Assembly: GCA_964016885.1 (NCBI GenBank)
Contig: OZ024744.1
Coordinates: forward strand, 71,176,001-71,240,000
Reading direction: 5' to 3'
DNA from: Eledone cirrhosa
Lineage: Eukaryota
DNA: 64,000 nucleotides
A model generated the notes under the pieces. That model did no database searches and had not been told where the DNA came from. It saw only the letters and a program-made list of their open reading frames with translations. Position numbers and translations under genes: made by a program. How positions within the stretch are numbered: position 1 is the stretch's first letter; each line of letters opens with the position of its first letter. Below, one piece after another: positions 1-12,559 of this stretch.

Positions 1-29
1 TATATATATACATATATATATATACATAC

Positions 30-139
<110 letters not shown>

Positions 140-147
140 ATATATAT

Positions 148-834
148 GATGAAGGACTTACTTTTTCATATGTAACCCATTTGCAGCGCCGCAGCTCCAT
201 TATTATCATATTTACACATATATTTTTTCCTCCGCTGCCACCCGTCTGTTTCGTTCTTTGTATCTTTACCCTTTCTAGCAGTCTCTCTCTCTCTGTTAGC
301 CTCTTCCTCACCTTTCACTCACTCACTCTCTGTCACTACCTCTCCTCCTCCTCTTTCTTCCCGTTTCACCTGTCCGAATTCTTTTCTCGCGCGCTCTTGG
401 CCAAGCCGGTATGAATTTTTTTTCTCTCTCTCTCTCTCTCGTCTGCGACTTCACAGAACTTATGTTTACCGAATTCGCAGACCAGACCCCTTCTTCTTCC
501 CCCCGTTAGACCTGTGCGAAATTCCTTCCTTGCTCACATTTCAACCAGGTTTGATGGTCTTTATTCTCTCGTTCACGATTTCACCGAGTTTATATTCATA
601 GAAATCTGGGACTTGTCTCTTTCTTCTCACTTTCTGTTGTTTAAACCATTTTGTTTGTTCACCCTAGCGTCCCCTTTATTTACGCGTCCCAACGACTTTT
701 TTTAGCTGTTGTTCGCACCAACCTGAGGTATATGGCCTTTAAAGCGATGAAATGCCTAAGACGGTTGGAAGGCCACTGATGAAGGACTTACTTTTTCATA
801 TGTAACCCATTTGCAACGCCGCAGCTCCATTATT

Positions 835-840
<6 letters not shown>
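148..840 (+). mobile_element. Non-coding ribozyme-bearing repeat, ~1.1 monomers (period 630 bp), in a TA tract
   Basis: gatgaaggacttac...ccattattatcata occurs at 148-210 and 778-840; homologous to 9188-11048 and 50125-51165. Confidence 0.8.
718..783 (+). ncRNA. Non-circularly permuted hammerhead ribozyme (predicted cleavage after AUA, 732)
   Basis: aggtaT-A-tggcctt (726-739), GAAAtgcct (749-757), aaggcca-CTGATGA (769-782); stem I 7 bp, stem III 6 bp, extra helix ccaacc/ggttgg. Confidence 0.75.
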
Positions 841-903
<63 letters not shown>

Positions 904-906
<3 letters not shown>

Positions 907-1125
907 ACTGGATTTGTAAACTCATCATCAATGGTCCGTAGATGTCCTCCTTCTCCTGTATTTTTCTGACAACGTTTACATCAAGTGGGCAGCTGATCTC
1001 CACAACAGAACACGTTTTCAATGTGTGGTCCCAAATTACAATATCAGGCCGGTTGTGCTTTAATTTGGTGGCAGTTTTATTTTCAGGTTCCACCAGTATT
1101 CCTTAGTGCCATCTGTCTCAATTAT
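904..1125 (-). mobile_element. R4/Dong-like non-LTR fragment (restriction-like endonuclease), inverted copy
   Basis: [10 protein letters not shown]...VVEISCP...KIQEKEDIY motif; reverse complement of 1554-1776. Confidence 0.75.
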
Positions 1126-1180
1126 GTATATATATATGTATGTATATATATATGTACATATATATATATATGTATATATA

Positions 1181-1306
<126 letters not shown>

Positions 1307-1363
1307 TATATATATACACACATATATATATATATATATATACACACACATATATATATATAT

Positions 1364-1528
<165 letters not shown>

Positions 1529-1553
1529 TATATACATGCATATATATATATAC

Positions 1554-2048
1554 ATAATTGAGACAGATGGCACTAAGGAATACTGGTGGAACCTGAAAAT
1601 AAAACTGCCACCAAATTAAAGCACAACCGGCCTGATATTGTAATTTGGGACCACACATTGAAAACGTGTTCTGTTGTGGAGATCAGCTGCCCACTTGTTG
1701 TAAACGTTGTCAGAAAAATACAGGAGAAGGAGGACATCTACGGACCATTGATGAGGAGTTTGCAAATCCAGTATCCAAGATACACCTTTAGCTTCATACC
1801 CATCATTATTGGAGCTACGGGTTATATACCAACCCGCTTGGACCAAAGTATGACTGAACTTGGATTTGCGGACAAAAAGCGCAGCTCCCTAATTCATAGT
1901 CTACAAATGGCTGCGATAGCTGGCACCTTCAAAATTTGCAAAACATTCTTGCGATTCAAGGGATGACAATTTCTTTTCTTTTACAACCTTGCCACCAGTA
2001 AGGTGGCCGGTCAAAAAAATATACTCTAAATTAAGAGAAAGAGATAAC
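1554..2048 (+). mobile_element. 3' end of R4/Dong-like (RLE-class) non-LTR retrotransposon
   Basis: ORF 1586-1966 has RPD..E..K..K..Y restriction-like endonuclease and PIIIGATG motif; short 3' UTR runs into a TA tract. Confidence 0.8.
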
Positions 2049-2208
2049 ATATATATACATACATATATATATACATATATATATATACATACATATATAT
2101 ACATATATACATACATATATATACATATATATATATATACATATATATATACATATATATATACATATAAATATATACATATATATATATATTTACATAT
2201 ATATATAC

Positions 2209-2239
<31 letters not shown>

Positions 2240-2294
2240 CATATATATATATATACATATATATATATACATATAAATATATATATACATATAA

Positions 2295-2375
<81 letters not shown>

Positions 2376-2473
2376 CATATATATACATATATATATACAT
2401 ATATATACATATATATATATATATACATATATTTATATACATATACATATATATACATATACATATACATATA

Positions 2474-2541
2474 TCATCATTTCATCATCATCATTTCATT
2501 TTACGTCAGCTTTTCCCTGCTTGCAAGGGTGGGACGGGAAC
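2474..2541 (-). mobile_element. Isolated RTE/SINE 3' tail
   Basis: Reverse complement of cccttgcaagcagggaaaagc..gacgtaaaa(tga)n. Confidence 0.7.
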
Positions 2542-2681
2542 ATATATATACATATATATACATATATATACATATACATATATATACATATATATATACA
2601 TATATATACATATACATATATATACATATATATATACATATTCATATATATACATATATATATATATACACATATATATAC

Positions 2682-2754
<73 letters not shown>

Positions 2755-2763
2755 TATATGTAT

Positions 2764-5410
2764 ATGACAGAGGACGGAGACATCGTTATGCTAGCAGGAG
2801 ACTTCAATGGTCATGTTGGACAGCTCCAGGATGGTTACACTGGGGTACATGGTGGGCACGGTTACGACTCAAGAAATGAAGAAGGAGTGAGACTTCTTGA
2901 ATTTTGTGATGCAGGTACATTGACTATTTGCAACACAAACTTCCAGAAACCTGCCAACCACTTATAACCTACAAATCTGGTGAGCACATAAGCCAGATTT
3001 ACTTCTTACTAGTTAGGCAGCGGGACAGGCAGATAGTGTCTAATACCAAGGCATACCCTGGGGAAGAATGTACCCCACAGCATAGGTTAGTCGTTAGTGA
3101 TATCTCAGTAAGCAAGAGATGGAATGAGACATAGAGGAAGGTGTGGAGAAGAAAGGTCTGGAAGCTAAAAGACCTTTCACTAAAATACAAATTTAGGAAA
3201 GCCCTTCAAGATGTATATGACGAAAAAGAAGACGATTTAGAGACGTATGACATAGATAATAACTGGAATTTCTTACGTGACAACTTGCTGCAGGCTACTG
3301 ATGAAACTTGTGGCTGGAGCAGAGCTCCAACCAGACAGAGAGTGACCTGGTGGTGGAACAGCACAGTAGATAAGGCCATTAGAGACAAAAGACTAGCATG
3401 GAAGGCTTGGAAAAAGAGTGGGAGTAGGGAAGAATATACAGCCACTAAGAGAGAAGCTAGACTTCAGGTGTACTGAGCACGCAGGGAGGCTGAGAGTAGG
3501 AGGTTTGCCAATGTTCTGCGACGGGAAGATCAGAGGCGTGCGGTGTTCCACATTGCAAGGCAGTGTGTCAATGCAAATCAGGATGTTGTTGGAGATAAAT
3601 GTGTCCGGGATGATGCAGGTGTACTTAGTGTCACGAATGATCAAAAAAGGGAGGCCTGGAAATGTCATTATGAGAGACTGATGAATGTGGAGAACAAATG
3701 GGAGAGAGAGAAATTACCCTCAGTAGATCCAACAGAGGGACCAGCTATTGAGATTGACGAATATAGGGTCCAAGAGGCGATTAGGGAAATGAAAAATGGT
3801 AAGGCTGCCTGACCATCGGGAATAGTTGCTGAGATGCTGAAGGCATCAGGGGACGTAGGCACTAAACTGGTTGCACGCATCATCAATCAGGCTATATATG
3901 GTGGTGTCATACCCAAAGACTGGTGCAGCAGTATTCTCATAAATTACTACAAAGGTAAAGGGGATGCTCTGGAGAGGAGCAATTATAGGGGTATAAAACT
4001 GATAGATCAGGTTATGAAAGTGGCAGAAGTAGCACAACTAATTAGAGAAAGGGTCAAACTAGATGAGATGCAGTTTGGTTTTGTGCCTGGGAAGAGTACA
4101 GCAGATGCCCTCTTCTTGGTGAGACAATTGCAAGAGAGGTTCTTAGAGAAAAATAAGCCGCTATACTTATCCTTTGTTGACCTAGAGAAGGCCTTTGATA
4201 GGGTACCCCGATCTGTCATCTGGTGGTCCCTAAGGAAGCTAGGTGTTAAGGAATGGCTTGTGAGGACAGTGCAAACTTTGTACAGAGGTACTCTCAGTAA
4301 AGTCAGGGTAGGAATGGAGGAATTCCAGATACAAGTAGGAGTACATCAAGGTTGGGTCCTCAGCCCGCTCTTGCTCATTATAGTCCTCCAAGCCATAACA
4401 GAGGAGTTTAAGACTGGCTGTCCAAGGGAACTTCTCTATGCTGACGATCTGGTTCTTATAGCAGAATCAGTAGAGCAGCTAGAGAATAAATTCTGGCTAT
4501 GGAAACAGCAGTTGGAAGCAAAAGGACTGAGAGTGAACTTAGCTAAGACAAAAGTGTTGATGAGTAGAAAAGAGGACAAAACTCTGATTCTGTCAGGGAA
4601 ATGTCCATGTTCGATATGCAGAAAAGGAACTGGAATAAATTCTATAAAATGCATACAATGCAGATCCTGGGTACACAAGAGATGTAGTGGGATAGCAGGC
4701 AAACTAACAGGTAGGAGAAATATGTATGCAGTAGATGTACAGGGAAATTAAACAGTAGAAGTCGCATTGATAGACACATTTTTCAAATGCAGGCGGGTGC
4801 TATAGAATTGGTGGATAGCTTCCGGTACCTATGAGATCATATTAGCATGGGAGGGGGGGGGGGGGGGTTCCGAGGCCATAGTATCTAGAATAAGGACGGG
4901 TTGGAAGAAGTTTAGGGAGCTGCTTCCTCTGTTGACGAAGAAGGGTTTCTCCCTGCGTACGAAAGGCCGGTTGTATGATGCCTGTGTGAGGAGCATGGGC
5001 AGCAACTGCAGAGGATATGCGATGGCTGGAGAGAAATGACGCAAGCATACTCAGTTGGATGTGCAGTGTCAATGTGCGTGAATGACCCAGAATAAATGTG
5101 TTGAGAGAGAAACTGTGTCTGAGAGGGATAGAATGTAGTGTGCGAGAGAGGAAACTGAGGTGGTATGGACAATTGATGCGCATGGAGGATGACCGATGGG
5201 TGAAGAAGTGCAAGGAAATGTCAGTTGAAGGAAGACGTGGTAGAGGTAGACCACGAAAAACATGACCGGAGTTGGTGAGAACAGACCTCAGATCATTGAA
5301 GCTCACGGTGGAGATGAGGAAGGACCGTGACAAGTGGAGAGATGCTGTGCTGAATAAGACCCGGCCCACCCTTGCAAGCAGGGAAAAGCGGACGTAAAAT
5401 GATGATGATG
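2764..5410 (+). mobile_element. RTE LINE family A, 5'-truncated and defective (APE C-terminus + RT + PHD finger)
   Basis: [43 protein letters not shown]; stops and frameshifts; (TGA)n tail. Confidence 0.95.
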
Positions 5411-5491
5411 TATATATATACATATTTATATATATATATACATATATATATATATACATATATATATACATATACATACATATATATATAC

Positions 5492-5524
<33 letters not shown>

Positions 5525-5547
5525 CATACATATATATATATAAATAC

Positions 5548-5580
<33 letters not shown>

Positions 5581-5809
5581 CATATATATACATATATATA
5601 CATACATATATATATATACTTATATATATATATACATATATATATATACATATATATATATACATATATATATATACATATATATATATATGTAAATATA
5701 TATATATATATATATATACATATATATATACATATATATATACATACATATATATATATATATGCATACATATATATATATATATACATATGTATATATA
5801 TATGTATGT

Positions 5810-6150
5810 ATCATCATCATCATCATTTTACGTCCGCTTTTCCCTGCTTGCAAGGGTGGGACGGGAACTGATTCTGGCTTGATTTCTACAGCTGGATGCC
5901 CTTCCTAACACCAACCTCATTTACAGTGAGTGCTGGGTGCTTTTTTAGCCGTGGCACCTCCACGTCCACTTTGCAGTGGAATGATAGGGACCCCAGTCCC
6001 TATCATCTCATTTTTACAGCTGAGTAAACTGGAGCAATGTGAAATAAAGTGTCTTGATCAAGGAAACAACGCATCACCCGGTCTGAGAATTGAAGTCACA
6101 ACCTTTCGATTGCAAGGCCAATGCTCTAACCACTAAGCCATGTGCCTCCA
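5810..6150 (-). mobile_element. tRNA-derived SINE with RTE family A 3' tail
   Basis: A box tggcttagtgg and degenerate B box on the minus strand; tail matches the end of LINE 2764-5410. Confidence 0.8.
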
Positions 6151-6200
6151 TATATATATATATGTGTGTATATATATGTATATATATATGTATATATATG

Positions 6201-6248
<48 letters not shown>

Positions 6249-6278
6249 CATATATATATACATATGTATGTATATATA

Positions 6279-6706
6279 TTTCGTTTCATTAAGGACAAAA
6301 TGAAAACACACACACACATAGAACAAACAACCAACCAACAACATGTAAATAAATAAACAAATAGATAAATGAACACAAACACACACAGACACCCGGATGT
6401 GGCGCATGCGCAAACTGAGCACACAACACACACACAGAAACAAAATGGCGTAGGACAGAAGAAAGGAAAGGCACAGAAACAAAGAAAGGAATCCCCAGTC
6501 ACTGAAGAGGTCACAGAGTGTGTGACGAAAGGTCTATGACTATATATAAACAACTATCTGGTTGTGGAACCAACCACCCAACCAGAAATTTATAAGTTTG
6601 TAGATTTGTAAATTTATAAATTTATAAATATATAATAAATTGAAGTGAAAGTAACTGGTGCGTGTGTTTCTTATTGGCAACATCACCCTCCCAAAGTATA
6701 ACAATA
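6279..6706 (+). mobile_element. Penelope-like pseudo-LTR (solo)
   Basis: Nearly identical to the region downstream of the GIY-YIG ORF at 23275-23690 and 24383-24792; contains an HHR. Confidence 0.85.
6497..6541 (+). ncRNA. Minimal type I hammerhead ribozyme
   Basis: agtca CTGAAGA g gtcaca-gagtg-tgtgac GAAA ggtc TA tgact. Confidence 0.85.
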
Positions 6707-6721
6707 TGTATATATATATAA

Positions 6722-6789
<68 letters not shown>

Positions 6790-6807
6790 GTATGTATATA
6801 TATATAC

Positions 6808-6838
<31 letters not shown>

Positions 6839-7022
6839 CATATATATACATATATATATATATATATACATATATATACATATATATATACATATATATA
6901 CATATATATACATATATATATATATACATACATACATATATATATACATATACATACATATATATATATACATATATATAGATAGATATATATATACATA
7001 TATATATATACATATATATACA

Positions 7023-7054
<32 letters not shown>

Positions 7055-7382
7055 CATATATATATATACATATATATATACATATATATATACATATATA
7101 TATACATATATATATATGTATATATATATGGATATGTATATATATATATGTATATATATATGTATATAAATATGTATATGTATATATATATGTATATATA
7201 TAAACGTGGTTCTGTCTTTGCGCGTAATTGTTTTTCACCGCTCCTATTAATGACGTATTATTCGTTTTTTCCCGTTCTTTGCCAGCGAACGTTACCACGA
7301 ACTAAAGTATCGTCTTCCTGTCTTCCTCCGGTTGCAACATTTTTTGAAATATCCAGTTGTGCGTTTACAGATTGACTTTGTT

Positions 7383-7433
7383 AGTTTCAGAAGATCCCGT
7401 TAAGGGTGAAAGCAGCGATTCTTTGCTTAAACT
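7383..7433 (+). ncRNA. Type I hammerhead with variant core (CAGAAGA) in a short TA-flanked insert (~7200-7545)
   Basis: agttt CAGAAGA t ccc-gttaa-ggg t GAAA gca..tgc TT aaact, followed by AATAAA. Confidence 0.6.
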
Positions 7434-7549
7434 TTAATCTGTTATTTTAATAAATATTTGCTCTACGGTTCTTATATATTTGATATATATTTTCCTTATC
7501 GAGCCCTCTTTGGATTTTAGTCTTCAATTTTATTATTATTACTATATAC

Positions 7550-7634
<85 letters not shown>

Positions 7635-7635
7635 C

Positions 7636-7720
<85 letters not shown>

Positions 7721-7855
7721 TATATACATATATATATACATATATATATATACATATACATATATATATATATACATATACATATACATATATATATACA
7801 TATACATATATATATATACATATGTGAATATACATATATAAATATACATATATAA

Positions 7856-7940
<85 letters not shown>

Positions 7941-7989
7941 TATGTATATACATTATATATACATATATATACATTATATATATACATAT

Positions 7990-8440
7990 ATCATCATCAT
8001 CATCGTTTAACGTCCATGTTCCACGCTTGCATGGGTTTGGACGGGAGTTTTCCCACTTGAGGCAAGAGTGGTTGTCATTGCTCGCATAGGAATGTCTGGC
8101 GGGTTTTCTACAGCTGGATGCCCTTCCTAACACCAACCACATTTACAGTGTGGGGCTGGGAGGTTTTTACCGTGTTGCCTACACGGCCACATTACAGCGT
8201 GGACTGTGTGTTTTTTTGTCGTGACTCCTACACGATCTCATTTGTTTTGGCCTGGATGTTGTGGCACCAACATAACTTTACATTGAAAGGGGCGGTGTGG
8301 ATGGGGTGGAGGTGGTGGGACGGGGGTGTATTTTGTTAGAGATGCCTACTGACTGTAGTAGGTTTTACTTTGTATTTAGGTAAGGCGGGTCTTTTCTATT
8401 ACCGAGTACCGCCAAAGATCTCGGTCCAGTGACATTAGAC
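7990..8440 (-). mobile_element. RTE family B 3' end
   Basis: Reverse complement of ~20473-21028, with one copy of the ~118 bp UTR unit. Confidence 0.9.
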
Positions 8441-9100
8441 AGTAGAAGTCGCATTGATAGACACCTTTTTCAAATGCAGGAGGGCGCTATAGAAGTGGTG
8501 GATAGCTTCCGGTACCTAGGAGATCAGATTAGCATGGGAGGAGGATGTTCCGAGGCCATAGTATCTATAATAAGGATGGGTTGGAAGAAGTTTAGGGAGC
8601 TGCTTCCTCTGTTGACGTAGAAGGGTTTCTCCCTGTGTACGAAAGGCCGGTTGTATGATGCCTGTGTGAGGAGCGTGATGCTGTATGGTAGTGAAACATG
8701 GGCAGCAACTGCAGAGGATATGCGACGGCTGGAGAGAAATGAGGCAAGCATGCTCCATTGGATGTGCAGTGTAAATGTGCGTGAACGACCCAGCATAAAT
8801 GTGTTGAGAGAGAAACTGTGTCTGAGAGGATAGAATGTAGTGTACGGGAGAGGAGACTGAGGTGGTATGGACATGTGATGCCAATAGAGGATGACCGATG
8901 GGTGAAGAAGTGCCAGGAAATGTCAGTTGAAAGAAGACGTGGTAGAGGTAGACCACGAAAAACATGGCCGGAGGTGGTGAGAACAGACCTCAGATCATTG
9001 AAGCTCATGGTGGAGATGACGAAGGACCGTGACGAATGGAGAGATGCTGTGCTGAATAAGACCCGTCTCACCCTTGCAAGCAGGGAAAAGCGGACGTAAA

Positions 9101-9131
<31 letters not shown>
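8441..9131 (+). mobile_element. RTE family A 3' fragment
   Basis: FRYLGD, LYGSETW, RLRWYGHV, RGRPRKTW; (TGA)n tail. Confidence 0.92.
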
Positions 9132-9132
<1 letters not shown>

Positions 9133-9558
9133 ATGTACATATAAATATATAGATACATATATATGCATATATATATATATATATATATTTTTTCTCTCTC
9201 TCTTTCGTCTGCGACTTCACAAAACTTGCGTTTACCGAATTCGTAGACCAGACCCTCTTATCTTCTTCTTCTTCTTCTTCTTCTTCTTCTTCTTCTTCCT
9301 CTTCTCTCCTTTTTCTTTCTCTCTCTCTCTCTCTTTTTTCCCCCCCGTCAAACTTGGGCGAAATTCTTTCCTTGCTCACATTTCAACCAGGTCTGATGGT
9401 CTTTCGTCTCTTGTTCACGATTTCACAGAGTTTATATTCATAGAGATCTGGGACTTGTCTATTTCTACTCACTTTCCGTTGCTTAAACCTTTTTGTTGTT
9501 ACTCTAGCGTCCCCCTTTATTTACGTGTCCCAACGACTTTTTTTAGCCGTTGTTCGCA

Positions 9559-9624
9559 CCAACCTGAGGCATATGGCCCTTAAAGCGATGAAATGCCGAG
9601 GACGGTTGGAGGGTCACTGATGAA
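9559..9624 (+). ncRNA. Non-circularly permuted hammerhead ribozyme
   Basis: ggcaT-A-tggccct ... GAAAtgcc ... agggtca-CTGATGA. Confidence 0.75.
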
Positions 9625-10260
9625 GGACTCACTTTTTCATATGTATCCCATTTGCAACGCCGCAGCTCCATTATTATCATCATATTTACACATATAATTT
9701 TTCCATGCTGCCTTCGTCTGTTTCGTTCCTTGTATCTTTACCACTCCTAGCAGTCTCCCTCTCTGTTACTCTCTCCTCAACTTTCACTCACTCATTCTCT
9801 GTCACTACCTCTCCTCCTCCTCTTTCCTCCTCCTCCTTCAAGTTTGACCTGTGTGTAATTCTTTTCTCGCGCAGTCTTGACCGAGCTGGTATGGAATTTT
9901 TTTCTCTCTCTCTTTCGTCTGCGACTTCACAAAACTTGCGTTTACCGAATTCGTAGACCAGACCCCTTATCTTCTTCTTCTTCTTCTTCTTCTTCCTCTT
10001 CTCTCCTTTTTCTTTCTCTCTCTCTCTCTTCCCCCCCCCCCCCCCCCCGCCAAACTTGGGCGAAATTCTTTCCTTGCTCACATTTCAACCAGGTCTGATG
10101 GTCTTTCGTCTCTTGTTCACGATTTCACAGAGTTTATATTCATAGAGATCTGGGACTTGTCTATTTCTACTCACTTTCCGTTGCTTAAACCTTTTTGTTG
10201 TTACTCTAGCGTCCCCCTTTATTTACGTGTCCCAACGACTTTTTTTAGCCGTTGTTCGCA

Positions 10261-10326
10261 CCAACCTGAGGCATATGGCCCTTAAAGCGATGAAATGCCG
10301 AGGACGGTTGGAGGGTCACTGATGAA
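10261..10326 (+). ncRNA. Non-circularly permuted hammerhead ribozyme
   Basis: Identical to 9559-9624. Confidence 0.75.
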
Positions 10327-10965
10327 GGACTCACTTTTTCATATGTATCCCATTTGCAACGCCGCAGCTCCATTATTATCATCATATTTACACATATAAT
10401 TTTTCCATGCTGCCTTCGTCTGTTTCGTTCCTTGTATCTTTACCACTCCTAGCAGTCTCCCTCTCTGTTACTCTCTCCTCAACTTTCACTCACTCATTCT
10501 CTGTCACTACCTCTCCTCCTCCTCTTTCCTCCTCCTCCTTCAAGTTTGACCTGTGTGTAATTCTTTTCTCGCGCAGTCTTGACCGAGCTGGTATGGAATT
10601 TTTTTCTCTCTCTCTTTCGTCTGCGACTTCACAAAACTTGCGTTTACCGAATTCGTAGACCAGACCCCTTATCTTCTTCTTCTTCTTCTTCTTCTTCCTC
10701 TTCTCTCCTTTTTCTTTCTCTCTCTCTCTCTTCCCCCCCCCCCCCCCCCCCCCGCCAAACTTGGGCGAAATTCTTTCCTTGCTCACATTTCAACCAGGTC
10801 TGATGGTCTTTCGTCTCTTGTTCACGATTTCACAGAGTTTATATTCATAGAGATCTGGGACTTGTCTATTTCTACTCACTTTCCGTTGCTTAAACCTTTT
10901 TGTTGTTACTCTAGCGTCCCCCTTTATTTACGTGTCCCAACGACTTTTTTTAGCCGTTGTTCGCA

Positions 10966-11031
10966 CCAACCTGAGGCATATGGCCCTTAAAGCGATGAAA
11001 TGCCGAGGACGGTTGGAGGGTCACTGATGAA
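10966..11031 (+). ncRNA. Non-circularly permuted hammerhead ribozyme
   Basis: Identical to 9559-9624. Confidence 0.75.
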
Positions 11032-11041
11032 GGACTCACTT

Positions 11042-11103
<62 letters not shown>

Positions 11104-11901
11104 AAAGGGAGCAGCGTTTTCTTGGGCTCTGCTAGAGTCAGCAGCAACACACAACCACGTGTTGCTACACACAATGGGAAAGAGAAAAAAAAAAAATTGT
11201 GAGACCAATAGAGATATATATGTACATTTATATCTAAATACTGTTATTATCATTTACAGTCCCTCTGTGTTTAATGTAAAAACATGTTCATTAGTATATG
11301 TGTTGTTATTTCTGCTTACATTTTACATACATATATATATCAATGTTTGCTTGGATCTCTCAAAATTCGTTGGATTTTCTAATTGGATTTCACCCCGAAA
11401 CTGGATACCAACCCTGAGTACACCTGAACTTCCACCAGGAAATCTTTCGTATCATTGAAATTTTCTTTGCTTCTTATATATTATATATACTTGTCCGCCA
11501 TTGCAAAAGGCCATAAATTCAAAATTTTGAAGAGAGAGGAAAAGAGACAAGTGAACTATGAACTTGTACATCTCACTGACCCTCGCCACCACAATAACAA
11601 TAACGTCTACACTCGCTCCCCACCATCACCACAGTACTCATTACTATATCTAAGGTGACTGACCTGTTCCCTGTTCCCTGTTGACATACTGTTGATTCTT
11701 TTAATGTATGTATGTGTATATACATATATATATGTGTGTGTATATGTATATCTCAGTGGATGCGACCAGATTTCAACAACTACAACAACAACAGCAGCAA
11801 CACCAACAACAACAACGGCAACAACACCATTGTCTGTGTTGAATGTGTGTGTATGTATGTATTTATATATATGCGACTGCAATAGCATCAACACCATTGT
11901 C

Positions 11902-12200
<299 letters not shown>

Positions 12201-12384
12201 CCACCATCACTGACCATCCACCACCACCACACTGACACCATCCACGACCATTCGCCACCACCAACGCCATTACCGGTGTAAAGCAAACAATTATTATTAT
12301 TATATACAAGCTGAACTGGACTGGGAAAGGTCAACAGTTGACATGATATTGATTTTGATTTTGTATTTGTATCAGTACTGCCGG

Positions 12385-12426
<42 letters not shown>

Positions 12427-12559
12427 TTGTGAGTGGTGTGTGTTTGTATGCATGAATGAGTGTTGATATGTGAGTGGCGTGTGTGTAGTTGTGGTTTGTA
12501 TGCATGAGTGTTGGTGTGTGTGTGTGTGCGTCGTGTCAATCATTTTTTTTTTTTTATGA

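Larger units (their letters stand above)
9188..11048 (+). mobile_element. Tandem array (~2.6 monomers, periods 702 and 705 bp) of the ribozyme-bearing non-coding repeat
   Basis: ctgatgaaggac at 9617, 10319 and 11024; near-identical units; TA flanks. Confidence 0.85.

Noticed and set aside
718-783. Twister, pistol or C/D snoRNA reading of the structured motif
   Set aside because: Required pseudoknots or box order are not conserved across copies; the hammerhead core explains the invariant nucleotides better.
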